Below, piece after piece: positions 47,553 through 58,228 of a stretch of DNA of 64,000 bases (position 1 is its first letter; each line of letters opens with the position of its first letter). Source of the DNA: an uncultured Chloroflexia bacterium (GTDB lineage: Bacteria > Chloroflexota > Limnocylindria > Limnocylindrales > CSP1-4); the NCBI GenBank assembly GCA_963707215.1, contig CAVPPB010000001.1:736001-800000 (forward strand), in the 5' to 3' direction. A model generated the notes under the pieces. That model saw only the letters and a program-made list of their open reading frames with translations. It did not search any database and had not been told where the DNA came from. Both the position numbers and the translations under genes were made by a program.

Positions 47553-50500
47553 CTACCCCGCCCTCGCCGGGCACATCGCCCGGAAGTCGCACCAGCTCGC
47601 AGGTCTTGCCGCCCTTGACCGGCGTCGCCGCGAAGTCGCCCGAGCGGATCCGGGCCGCCCGCGCCAGGATGTCCTCGCGGGCCGCGTCGAGCTGCTCGTC
47701 GGTCCGGGTCGTCGTCATCCGGGTCGCCGCCTCGGTGAAGTAGAGGGTCACCCGCTCCGGCGTCCCGAGGCCCAGCGCGTCGCGGCAGGCCAGCGCGTAG
47801 ATCGACAGCTGGAGGCTCTCGTCCACGCCCTTCTGGCTGCCGGGCCGGCCGGTCTTGTAGTCGAGGACCTCGATGCCGCCCGAGGCCAGCCGGTCGATCC
47901 GGTCGATCGAGCCGTGGACGCGTCACCGGCGGCCGACCCGTCGGCCGGCTCGAGGACGAGCTCGAACGGCTCCTCCTCGCCGAGCACCTCGCGGCCGTCG
48001 GCGGCGAGCTCGCCCTCCCAGAACGCGTCGAGCAGCGGGCCGGTCCGGGCCCGGTAGCCGTCCTCGGCGGCCTTGGTCGCCGTAGGTGCCGGGCTTCCAC
48101 TCCTCGGCGAAGAAGCCGCTCGAGGTCCTCGCGGGTCGGCGGCGGCTCGCCCCGGGCCGCTCGCTCGCGTCGCTCCTTGGTGAACCGCTCGAAGGCGGCG
48201 TGGGCGGTCGAGCCGAACGTCAGGGCGGCCCGACCCTCCGGCTCGGGGAAGCGGTAGACGTGGCGGAAGGCGTACTGGAGCGGGCAGCGCTCGTAGACGG
48301 TCGAACTGGCTGTAGCTGAAGCTGCCGGCGGAGGGCGGCGACCTCGAGCAGGTTCGCGCCCGAGCCGCTGTCGAGGGCGACGGTCCGCATCGTCAGCGGA
48401 TCGAGGCCGCGGTCTCGGGCCTCGTCGGCGGTCATGGCCGCCGGTCCCCGATGCGGGCCAGCTCGGCGGCCAGGGCGCGGCGGGCGTCCTGGGTCTCGGG
48501 GTCGGCCGGGCGGGTGCCCTCGATGAGCCCGAGCAGCTCGGATGCCCGTGACACGCAGCGCCAGGCGGTGCTCTCGGGCGGTCGGCAGGGGCATGACCTG
48601 GCGGAGGGCGCGGTCCTGGGTCCGAGCGGCCGCCTCGTCCGTCTCCGCCTCGTCCTCGTCCGTCGTCCTCCGCCTCGGCGGCCTCGCTCCGCCTCGCCCG
48701 CCTCGATCTCGCTCGACATCCGCTCCGGAGCTCCGGCCCCGCCCCCTCCCGCAGCTCGAGCACGAACGGCGAGACCCGCCGCTCGACCGTCGGACCCTCG
48801 TGGGTCGTGAGCATCAGGCGCTCCCGGGTCCGGGTCATCGCGACGTAGAGGAGGCGGCGCTCCTCCTCGTTCAGCAGGTCGCCGACCGGGACCGGCTCGC
48901 GGAGGAGCTCGCGCGGGAGGATCTCGGCAGACTCACGGCCCACCGGCCACTCCCCGTCGAGCAGGCACGGGACGAAGACGAACGGGAACTCGAGCCCCTT
49001 CGCCTGGTACAGGGTCATGAGCCGGACCCCGTCCACGTCCTCGGTCAGCTCGACGCTCGTCGGCAGCTCCCCGCCGGCGGTCTTGTACGCATCGAGGTAG
49101 TCCACGAAGGCCGCCAGGCTGCCCTGCGGGTGCTCCTGCTGCCAGTCGGCCGCGAACCGCAGGAACGAGGCGACGTTGGCCGCCTGCCGCTGGCTCTCTC
49201 GCGTGTCCGCCGCGATCGAGGTCGAGGACCGTGCCGGTCCGCTCGAGCAGCTCCTGGAGGATCGTGTGCGGCCCCTCGCGCCAGGTCCTGGGGGCGAGGT
49301 CGTCGATCGTGTCGAGGACGCGGCGCAGCTTGGCGCGGGTCAGCGGGGCGATGGGCTGGCGGGTAGGGGGCGCATGGCCGGCGGGGGGCGCTGGCGGCGG
49401 GGCTCCGGGGTGGGGTCTCCTCCTGCGGTGCCCGTCCACGCAACTCGACGGCCTCGGATGCCGCGTCCGGCCATGCGGGTATGCCCAGAGTCGAATAGCG
49501 CTCGGAAGGGTCGCCCCCCTCCTCGCCCTCCTCCTCGGAGTCGCGCCGCATGTCGCGCTCGGCCAGGAGATCGAGGGTCCGAGGCTGGAAGCCGCCACCG
49601 ACCCCGCCCTGACCGTCGCCGCGACCGTGGCCGTCGTCGCCGTTGTCGCCGTTCTCGCCGTCGGCCCCGGCAGCGCCGCTCGCGCCGATCTCGCCCGGAC
49701 GCGTCGTCAGCACCGACCCGGTCTCGACGACGTCGCGCATGGCCTCGACGATGTGGCGCCGGTCGTAGCGGGCCATCCGGGCAACGGCCAGGATCTCGAG
49801 CGCGTCGAGCCGCCACGGTGCCGGCGGAGAGCATCCGCAGGAGCGCCACGTCCTGGTGCGGGTCGGCGATGGCGCGGAGGGTCTGCTCGAGGTCGCGGAT
49901 CTCGGGCGTCTCGAAGAGCGACAGCCCGACCGACGACGGTGTACGGGATGTCCTCGTCGCGGAGCCGGGCGACGATCGCCTCGCGGTGGCGGTGCTTGCG
50001 GTAGAGGATGGCGACGTCCCACGGGAGGGCCGGGGCGCGGTCGGGGCCGGGGTCCCACTCCGGCGGGCCGCGATGCGGTCCACGATCGTGACCGCCTCGT
50101 CGGCCGGGCCGGTGCAGACCACCAGCTCGACCGGGGCCTCGTCGCCGCGCCGGGTCCGCAGCCGCTTGTCGGGCTCGTAGCGCATGACGTTCCGCTCGAT
50201 CAGCCGGTTGGCCGCCGCCAGGACGTGCCGCCGCGAGCGATGGTTCTCCTCGAGGCGCAGCCGCGTCGGCGGCCCGGGCGGCGGTCCGCCTCGGGATCGT
50301 GGATCGGCGGCAGGGCGAAGCGGCGGTCCATCTCCGCGAACGCCGCGTAGCTGGCGCCCCGGAAGCGGTAGATCGACTGGTCGTCGTCGCCGACGACCAT
50401 GACGTTGTCGGGCCGGTCGGGCGTCCGGCCGAGCAGCTCGACGAGCTCGATCTGGGCGACGTTGGCGTCCTGGAACTCGTCCACCAGCAGGTAGCGGAAC

Positions 50501-51621
50501 TGGCGCTGGTAGCGGCGCAGGACGTTGGGCCGCTCGCGGAAGAGGCGGATGACGGCGGCGATCTGCTCCCCGAAGTCGAGAGCCCCTCTCCGGTGCAGCT
50601 CCTGCTGATACGCCCGGTACACCAGGGCGAGCTCACGGAACCGGAGGACCTCGAGGGCGGCGCCGTCTACCACGTACGTCCGGGCGAGCTCGGCGATCTC
50701 GGCCTGCTCGTCCTCGGTGAAGGTCTTGATGTTGCGGACCTTTCCGTCGCCGGCGACGCTCCGCCGTGCCTCTCGGTCGGCCGTCTTCCAGACGTCCTCG
50801 TCGGAGGGCTCCAGGCCGAACGGCTTGGCGGCCTCGGCTCGGACATCGCGGCGGTAGCGGGCATAGGCACTCCGGACATCCCGGACCGGCCGCAGGTTGC
50901 CCATCGCCCCGAGGCGCTCGATCGCCGGCTCGAGCGGGCCGTGCTCGGCCTCGAAGGCTTCCTGCTCGGCCTCGGCGAAGGCCTCGACCTGGTCGGGCGT
51001 GACGAGCTCGTCCTTGGCCCGGTTGATGAAGGCGACCATCTGGCCGAGCCAGAAGCCACCGTCCCCGCCGCGGCTCGAGTGGTAGACGAGCGGCAGGTCG
51101 GGCCACAGGTCGCGCAGGAGGAGCAGCTGGCCGACCCCGTCGAGGACGTCGGGGCGCTGGGAGAGGCCCGCTTCCGCGGCATGCTCGGTGAGGATCCGGT
51201 GGCAGAAGCTGTGGAAGTTGCTGACTGCAAGACGGGCAAGGGTCGCCGGCCCCAGGGCGGCCTCGAGGCGGTCCTGGAGCTCCTTCGCGGCCTTGACGTT
51301 GTAGGTCAGGACGAGGATCTGCTCGGGGACGAGGGGGCCGTCGAAGGGCGGCGCGTGGCGGCCAGGTCGTGCGGCTGCCGCGTCGGGGGGCGCGTCGGGG
51401 GCCCCGGCCCAGGCGGCCTCCCCCTGCGTCTCGAGCAGGTGGCGAACCCGTTCGACGATGACCCGCGTCTTGCCCGTCCCCGCACCGGCGATGACGACGA
51501 GCGGCCCCTCGTCCCACTCGACGATCGCCCGCTGCTCGTCCGAGAGCGCGGGGCGGCCGGAGGTGGGCTCCGTCGGCTCGGGCGATGCGTCGGGGGGCAT
51601 GAGCGGGGGGAGAGAGCTCAT
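47553..51621 (-). CDS. UvrD/PcrA-like SF1 helicase fused to a PD-(D/E)XK Fe-S nuclease (AdnB/AddA-like), several frameshifts
   Basis: AGAGTGKT, LVDEFQD, VGDDDQSIYRFRGA, MTLYQAKGLEF, EERRLLYVAMTR; nuclease YERCPLQY, IDR, DYKTG, QLSIYA, C..WCDFRAMC. Confidence 0.88.
49473..49494 (-). repeat. Dispersed 22-bp motif, copy 3, inside the UvrD CDS
   Basis: Reverse complement TCGACTCTGGGCATACCCGCAT, read in frame as YSTLGIPA. Confidence 0.8.
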
Positions 51622-51630
51622 CGGCGCCAG

Positions 51631-51652
51631 TCGGCTCTGGGCATACCTGCAT
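51631..51652 (+). repeat. Dispersed 22-bp motif, copy 4 (TCGGCTCTGGGCATACCTGCAT)
   Basis: 10 bp from the uvrD start codon. Confidence 0.75.
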
Positions 51653-51741
51653 GGTCCGTGCCGGGCTGTTGCACGGGCACGACGACGATTGCCGCCTCGC
51701 ATGTTGCGTAGACGGGCATCGCGCCAGAAGGTCTTCCCTGC

Positions 51742-51805
51742 CCGCTCATGCTCGTGGCCCGCTCATGCGCGTGGGCCGCTGATGCGCGTGGGCCGCTGAT
51801 GCGCT
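51742..51805. repeat. Tandem 17-bp repeat CCGCT(C/G)ATGCGCGTGGG, 3-4 units
   Basis: Read directly from the sequence. Confidence 0.85.
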
Positions 51806-52038
51806 CGTGCGCGGTCGTGCGCGAGGCCATCGGCGTCCTCCTCGCCAGGTGCATCGGCGGCCATCGGTACGCCGCCGCGGTGCCCCGGTCGGCACCCCCC
51901 AGCACCGGCCGGGGCAGGCCGATCCTCCCCCACCGCTGCGTCACCTCTGGTGACACGACTGGTGCGTAGAAGCACCGGTGAGTCACGGGTACGCCCTGGG
52001 AGGCCGCGAGCGAAGCGGGCCGCACTAGCGTCGGCCGT

Positions 52039-52312
52039 GTGCGCTTCGAGTGGGATCCGGACAAGGCGAGGGAGAACCTGCGGCGCCACAGAGTGTCCTT
52101 CGGCTGCCTCGATCGTCGTGTTCCACGATCCCCTCGGCGTGTACGAGCCGGACCGGGAACACGGCCTCGGAGAAGAGCGAGAGCGGCGGATCGGCCATCT
52201 CGCCGATGGGAAGCTCGCGATGGTGACGTTCACCCGACGCGGGGATACCATCCGCATCATCTCCGCACGGCGCGCCACGAAGCGCGAACGCCATGACTAC
52301 GAGAACGGTTGA
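52039..52312 (+). CDS. brnT: BrnT-family toxin (frameshifted)
   Basis: MRFEWDPDKARENLRRH.VSF joined to F.DP..EER..IG..VTFTRRGDTIRIISARRATKRER. Confidence 0.88.
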
Positions 52313-52690
52313 TCCGGGCCCGGCCGGCCCCGCGGGTCCGCGGCCCCTGGCCTGGCATCGAGGATGGCTACGACATCGCGATCGACGGAGCCGTCGGATA
52401 CGCGGTCCGGCTGCTGCCATCGGGCAAACGGCTCGCCAGGTACCCCACCTGCCGACGCGCGCTCGAACGGGTACTGGGCGAGATCGAGGTCCGCGGGCGA
52501 CAGGAGCGCACCCTCGCGCTCGACGTCATCTTCCCGGGCGATCGGGCCGAGCTGTTCAGCGGCGGGCGTCGACTCCGCCGGACAGCGGAGAGGGCCACCG
52601 GGCGGCCGTCGACTCGACGTGGAAGACTCCAGCGAAGGGCGAGCAAGCTGGTCATCGCGGGGCCGCGGATCCTGGCGCCGAGGCACGGCG
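52293..52690 (+). CDS. Hypothetical protein in the antitoxin position (frameshifted, 3' end uncertain)
   Basis: ATG 52293 overlaps the brnT end; coding-like frame WPGIEDGYDIAIDGAVGYAVRLLPSG..ALERVLGEIE..LALDVIFPG. Confidence 0.45.
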
Positions 52691-52698
52691 TAGCCGGC

Positions 52699-54460
52699 TC
52701 AGCGGTCTTCGACCGGGCTCGCAGCTGCCTCGCCAGGTCGGCCGGCGCCACGACGACCAGGTGGTGCTTGGCTCGGCTGGCCCCGATGTAGAGGAGCATC
52801 CCGAGGCGCTCGTCTTCCGGGCGCAGCTCGGCCAGGACCACGACGTCCCACTCGAGCCCCTTCGAGCGGTGGATCGACTCGAGACGGACGGTCCGCGGCG
52901 GCTGGGCCGGCGCTTCGTCGGCCGACAGGCCCAGCGACTCGCCAGCGTCGTCGTAGCTGCCGTTCCAGAGGATCAGCCCGCCGTGGAAGCGACGCCGCCG
53001 CCACAGTCCGGAATCGCGCACCGAGCCGCCGGTCAGCACGCCGATCCGCTCGGGCTCCACCCCCTCGGTCTTGACGAGCTCGTCGAGGACCGACCCGACG
53101 GCCTCGACGGTGGGGCTCCCGGGCTCGGCGACGACGATCCGCGGCTCGCGACCGTCCTCGCGGAGCGCCTCGGCGACCAGCTCCCCCGTGTACCAGCGGT
53201 AGGCGAACTCGTGGATCGGCAGGGAGTTGCGACAGTTCTCCGGCAGCTCGTACTCGGGCAGCCCCAGGATCGCGACGGCATCCTCCCGATAGAGCGCCTG
53301 GGCGGGGTCGTGGAAGACGTAGAGGTCGTCCTCGTCGGGGTCCGACAGCAGGTATGTCAGCCGCAGCAGCCAGTCGGCTTCGAGGTCCTGGCCCTCGTCG
53401 ATGACCAGGGCCTGCCAGCGTCGGTCGAGCGACGGCATCGCGGCGTCGAGCGCCTCCGGCAGGATCCGCTCGAACCAGTCCCGCCCGGGCCGCGGCCGGC
53501 TGCGGCGGCAGGGTCCCGGCCGCGGCGGCCAGGCTGCGGCACAGCTCGTGGAAGGTCGAGATCGTGAGCCGGCCCCGCTCCCGAAGCTCGGCCAGGTCGT
53601 CACGGTCGGCGAACGCGCGGGCCAGCGGCTGGTTGAAGCAGACGAGCAGGACGTCGAAGCCGAGCGCCGCCAGGCTCCGCGCCTTCTCGGCGGCGAGGAG
53701 GCTCTTGCCCGAGCCGGCCCCGCCGACGATCGATGCCCGATGGAACCGCCCGAGCGTCCTGAGGACCGCGAGCTGGGCATGCGTCGGCGCCAGCAGCTCG
53801 TGCTCGCCGGCCTCGAGCTCCGACCGAAGGAGCGGCTCGAGGCGGACCTCGGGCTCGATGACCTCGTGGACGATCTCGAGCTGCCGTTCGTCAAGGGGCG
53901 TGTCGCGGGCACCGCTGCTCGACCAGTGGGCGAGGATCCGTTCGAGGGCCGCGCGCGTCGCTCCGGGGGTGGACAGGTCGGTCGCGATCGAGGACGAGCT
54001 CGAGCGGCGCCTCGGGACCCAGGTCGAGGCCGTCGCGCACGAGGCGGGCCCGATCGCTGTGCGGGAAGGCGACGGCGTGAACGGCCCTCGGCGCCGGGGC
54101 ACGGAGCTCGCGCCAGCGGGGGTCCTCGGCGACCCGGCGAGCGATGACCCTCGCGCTCGTCTCGGCCTGGTCGAACGGGGTGACGTCGAGACGGCGCTGG
54201 CCCGCGTACCAGCGGCCGTGGCCATCGCGCGAGACGACGCCGCCCTTCGTCTCGATCGCCAGCAAGCCGACTTGGGGCAGGAGGAGCAGGTGGTCGATCT
54301 CGCCGCTGCGGAGCGGCGAGCCATCGTGGGTGCGGTCCACCCAGCGGACGTTCGGGTAGACGCGGGCGCCGCTCGGCGCGGGCTCACCGGGCTCGACCAC
54401 GCCGAGGGCAGCTTCGAGCCGGGACTGGACGAACGGCTCGGGCGCCTGGTCGTTGGGCAT
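52699..54460 (-). CDS. NERD nuclease domain + SF1 (UvrD-like) helicase, frameshifted
   Basis: GEIDHLLL..LAIETKGG..PFDQA (NERD); GGAGSGKS, CFNQPL, IDEGQD, ENCRN, SIHRSKGLE, YIGASRA. Confidence 0.85.
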
Positions 54461-54660
54461 GGGCCCCTCGGGGCGTGGCCGTCCTTCGGAGCGGGTCCGG
54501 GCATCCCTCCCCCCTGCACTGCCCGGAGTATCACCGGCATGCCCGGGCGCGCCGACGGCCCGGATGGCCCGCGGATGCCGGGACGAACGTCCCGACCGGC
54601 CCACCTGCGGGACCGCTCGACGCATGGCCCGGGCAGCGGCCGTCCCGGTGCGCCTCCGCC

Positions 54661-55104
54661 TCAGTACCGGTAGAGCGAGGCGAGGAACGGCGTCCGGTTG
54701 AACATCAGCAGGGCGATCGGCAGGCCGATGACCGTCAGCTGGATCAGCCAGGCCAGGCCCATCCAGAGCGCCGAAGCCCACCAGCCGACGAAGACGAACC
54801 AGAGCCCACGGACGGGCCAGGCGACCTGGGGCCGACCGGCCTCCGCCACGACGGTGTTGCCGGCGGCATCCTGGCCGAGGGTCCAGTGGCGGGTCCGCGG
54901 CCGGAGCGTCAGGACCGTCGGCAGCCGGTTGATGATCCAGATGCCGAGCGGGATGCCGACGATCGTGATGAGCGCGAGCCAGGCCACGGTCACGGCGATG
55001 CCCGACGCCCACCAGCCGACGAAGAACCACCAGATCGCGCGGATGAGCAGACCCGGACCCTGCTTGCGCTCGATCACGGCCGGCGGCGGCTGGGGTGGCG
55101 CCAT
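54661..55104 (-). CDS. YccF-domain membrane protein (two repeats)
   Basis: Duplicated W..FVGWWAS..W...T.(V/I)G.P.. motif. Confidence 0.85.
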   Translation of the reverse strand: MAPPQPPPAVIERKQGPGLLIRAIWWFFVGWWASGIAVTVAWLALITIVGIPLGIWIINRLPTVLTLRPRTRHWTLGQDAAGNTVVAEAGRPQVAWPVRGLWFVFVGWWASALWMGLAWLIQLTVIGLPIALLMFNRTPFLASLYRY

Positions 55105-55112
55105 TGACGACC

Positions 55113-55352
55113 TCAACGGTCCTCGGCCCACTCGACCAGCTCGATGGCGTCGAAGTTGCGGGCCCGGTTGCACTCGCCGCAGATCGGCATCCCGGCGTCG
55201 CCGTCGGGCTCGTCCTCGGGGTCGGTCCCGAGCTCGCGGCCGCAGGTGGCGCACTCGATCGCCTCCTCGCCGAGGATGCCCGAGCCCGCCAGGAGGACGA
55301 GCTCCTGGGGCTCGTCGAGGTCGAACGGGTTCTCGTCCCAGATGTCGCCCAT
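55113..55352 (-). CDS. Small acidic zinc-ribbon protein
   Basis: CATC..CGEC; GC-rich codon usage; 8 bp from the yccF start. Confidence 0.6.
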   Translation of the reverse strand: MGDIWDENPFDLDEPQELVLLAGSGILGEEAIECATCGRELGTDPEDEPDGDAGMPICGECNRARNFDAIELVEWAEDR

Positions 55353-55696
55353 CTCGATCACCCTGGTCACGCGCCCCGGCGCCCCGACGGCGACCGGCGG
55401 CTCGATCGGTCGCAGCATGGCAGGGTCCGGTGCCACCTCGCCTGTCACGGCTGCGGAGATGCGGCGCAGCCGAATGGCGGGGGCACGGCGGCGGGGCCCG
55501 GCGGGGGCGCGACGGCAGCCGACGGACGTGCGGCAGCCGAGTGGCGGCCTCGGGCGGTACGTTCGGCCGGTTCCCTCCCGGCTCGAAGCGCGCGATGGTC
55601 CGATGGCGCCCGGACGATCGGTCGCTGCGATGACGAGGGGATGCCATGGGACCAGGCCACGCGACGCGAACCCGAGACCGCTTCGAGCTCGGGGGC

Positions 55697-55846
55697 ATGG
55701 ACGAGGCCGCATCGGCGGAGCTCGAGGCCGTCGTCGACCGGATCCTCGCCCAGCACGCCGGTCGGCACGAGGCGGAGCCCGGCTGGTTGAGCGAGTCGTT
55801 CGACGCTGCCTGGACGTGGCTGATGCTCGATCCGCTCGCGTTCTAG
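55697..55846 (+). CDS. Small hypothetical protein
   Basis: MDEAASAELEAVVDRILAQH..; stop lies 2 bp before the next ATG. Confidence 0.45.
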   Translation: MDEAASAELEAVVDRILAQHAGRHEAEPGWLSESFDAAWTWLMLDPLAF

Positions 55847-55848
55847 GC

Positions 55849-56538
55849 ATGGCGGTCGGCGACGCGCGCTCCAGGCATCGGGACCTCACCGAGGTCGAGG
55901 CCCGCCGCGCGCTCTACATCGACTTCGAGGGTCAGAAGGATCGGCCTCCCGTCCTGCTCGGCGTCCTCCGCCGGCGCGGGAAGGGCCGCGAGCCGTCCGT
56001 CTTCCAGGTCGTCGTGGACCCGCTCTTCGCGCCGGCCGGGCCGGACGAGCGTCCGCTGGCCGAGGCGATCGACGTCGTGGTCCGCCGGGCCGAGCGGGGG
56101 GACCGCCGGATCGTCGCCTGGAGCGAGCACGAGCTCGCCCTGGTGCGGGACCTGCCGGGCATCGATCCGGACCTGGTGGCGCGGTTCGAGCGCCGCTACG
56201 TGAACGCCCTCGCAGTGGCGAAGCGCTGGACGGGCCGACTGCACCCGGACACCAGGCCGCCGGACGGCCGGCTGGCCGACTACCTCGCCTTCATCGGCTA
56301 CGAGGTCCCCGACGACGCGCGCCCGGGTCACGTCGGGGAGGCGATCCGGGCCCTCCGGCCGACCCTCGAGCGGGGGCGACCGCCGACCGAGCGGCAGCGC
56401 GAGCGCTGGGCCCACCTCCTGGAGCACAACCGCCACGACTGCGCCGGGATGCGCGAGGTGTGCCTGCGGGCGTCGCGGGAGCTCGACGGCGCCGGGCGGG
56501 CGCGGCGAGGGAAGAAGCGCCGGTCGAAGCCGCACTGA
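55849..56538 (+). CDS. RNase H-like/DEDD 3'-5' exonuclease-like protein
   Basis: ExoI-like LYIDFEG, AWSEHE, ExoIII-like HNRHDC. Confidence 0.6.
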   Translation: MAVGDARSRHRDLTEVEARRALYIDFEGQKDRPPVLLGVLRRRGKGREPSVFQVVVDPLFAPAGPDERPLAEAIDVVVRRAERGDRRIVAWSEHELALVRDLPGIDPDLVARFERRYVNALAVAKRWTGRLHPDTRPPDGRLADYLAFIGYEVPDDARPGHVGEAIRALRPTLERGRPPTERQRERWAHLLEHNRHDCAGMREVCLRASRELDGAGRARRGKKRRSKPH

Positions 56539-56552
56539 CCGCTCGAGGGCGG

Positions 56553-56645
56553 CGGTCGGTTCCGCCGCCTCGGTTCCGCCGGTCGGTTCCGTTCCCCCGG
56601 TCCGCCGCCCCTGTTCCGCCGGTCGGTTCCGCCGGTCCGCCGCCC
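56553..56645. repeat. Imperfect tandem GGT(C)GGTTCCGCC repeats
   Basis: Read directly; lies between convergent genes. Confidence 0.7.
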
Positions 56646-56926
56646 CTGTACGGATCCGTATCGGCGTGTCCGATGCGGACCAGACTCAGCGAGCGTGCAC
56701 CTGCCTGATCCCTGCCGCTCCCGGGAATCCTGCACCCTCACTGAGGGCGATCGGCATCGGCCGCGCCGATACCGCTGACCTGGCCGCGGCCGTGGGGCGA
56801 GCGTCAGGTGTGGCGGCGAAGCGGCGTGGCAGCTCGACCGGGCGGGAGGGCGCGCCCCCCGGCACCCTCCGCCTCGGTCCCCCCGGTCCCAGGCCCCCGT
56901 GAGCTCGTCGGCTCCCGGATGCGGCC

Positions 56927-58228
56927 TCACGACCGCCGAGTACGGTCGGGCGCTGGCCGGCGCATCGCCGCCCCGGACGGCTCGCGGAGGTTCATCGCGT
57001 ACGAAGCCTGGGCGAACGCCGCCTTGCGGAGCATCTCCGGCTGGACCCGGGACCAGCTCTCGGCCTCGCGCTCGAGCTCGGCGACGATGCCCCGCAGCAC
57101 GGGGTCCTGTCCCGCGTACTCGCGGATCCGGCGGGCGACGCCCAGGAGGAGCTGGCGCGCCTCGTCGAACCGCCCCTGTCGGTTCAGGGCAACGACGTCG
57201 GACAGGGCCCGGTCGGCGAAGACCCGGGCCACGACCCGGTCGACCTCGCGGTCCCGCCGCTGGCGGTCGTTGGCCGGGTTGTCGGCGTACCGCCAGGTCA
57301 CCGTCGCGGCGTCGGCCCCGAACGCGCCCTCCCGGTCGGTCACCGCGAAGAGCGCCCCGACCTCGCGGCCGGACTCGCCCATCGGGAAGCGGATCCGCAG
57401 GATCACCCGGACGAGCTGGTCGGCGACGAGGTCGCCCAGCTGCACCATGGTCCGGTTGCCGCGGGCGTCGAGCGGCCTCGGCGTCAGGCTGTCGATCCGC
57501 AGGCCGTCGGGCGTCGTCACCTCCAGGACGACGTCGCGGGCGGTCACCTCGAGCGCCTCGCCGACCTCGCCGGCCAGGTGGTCGGGGATCTGCTCGGCCC
57601 GTTCGATGTAGCGGAACGAGCCGCCGCCGGCCGAGGCCATGCCCTGGAGGAGCGCCTCGTTGAAGTCGTTGCCCAGCCCGAAGGTCGAGGTGGCGATCCC
57701 CCGCTCGCGGAGCTGGCCGGCATGGTGGATGAGCTCGTCGGGATCGGTCATCCCGACGTTGGCCAGCCCGTCGGTCAGCAGCAGGACGCGATTGACGCCG
57801 TCCCGATCGAGGTTCTCGGCGACCTGCTCGGCCCCACGGAGCCAGCCGGAGCCCAGGTCGGTCGACCCCCGGGCGTCGATCCGGCGGAGCCGCTCGAGCG
57901 CCTCCCGGCGGGCCTCCGGCGTGGCCAGGGTCGTCGGCATGACGACGTCGATCTGGTCGTCGTAGACGACGAGGCTGAAGCGATCGCGGGCACCGAGCCG
58001 CTCGATCGCCTGGCGGACGGCCTCGCGGGCGAGCTCGATCTTGCGCCCGGCCATCGAGCCGGAGCGGTCGAGGACGAAGGCCAGGGTGGCCGCCGGCCGC
58101 TCTCGCCCGTCTCCCTTCGGCGGGGCAGGCGGCGCGACGAGCTCGGCCACGACGAAGCGGGCGCTGTGGTAGGTGGTCCGGACGAGCTCGCGGTCGGCGC
58201 GGATCGTCAGGGCTTCGGGTCGGGTCAT
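56927..58228 (-). CDS. vWA-domain protein (YfbK/CLCA-like)
   Basis: MIDAS VLDRSGSM, GSTDL, LLLTDGLAN, FGLG.DFNE.LL. Confidence 0.88.
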   Translation of the reverse strand: MTRPEALTIRADRELVRTTYHSARFVVAELVAPPAPPKGDGRERPAATLAFVLDRSGSMAGRKIELAREAVRQAIERLGARDRFSLVVYDDQIDVVMPTTLATPEARREALERLRRIDARGSTDLGSGWLRGAEQVAENLDRDGVNRVLLLTDGLANVGMTDPDELIHHAGQLRERGIATSTFGLGNDFNEALLQGMASAGGGSFRYIERAEQIPDHLAGEVGEALEVTARDVVLEVTTPDGLRIDSLTPRPLDARGNRTMVQLGDLVADQLVRVILRIRFPMGESGREVGALFAVTDREGAFGADAATVTWRYADNPANDRQRRDREVDRVVARVFADRALSDVVALNRQGRFDEARQLLLGVARRIREYAGQDPVLRGIVAELEREAESWSRVQPEMLRKAAFAQASYAMNLREPSGAAMRRPAPDRTRRS

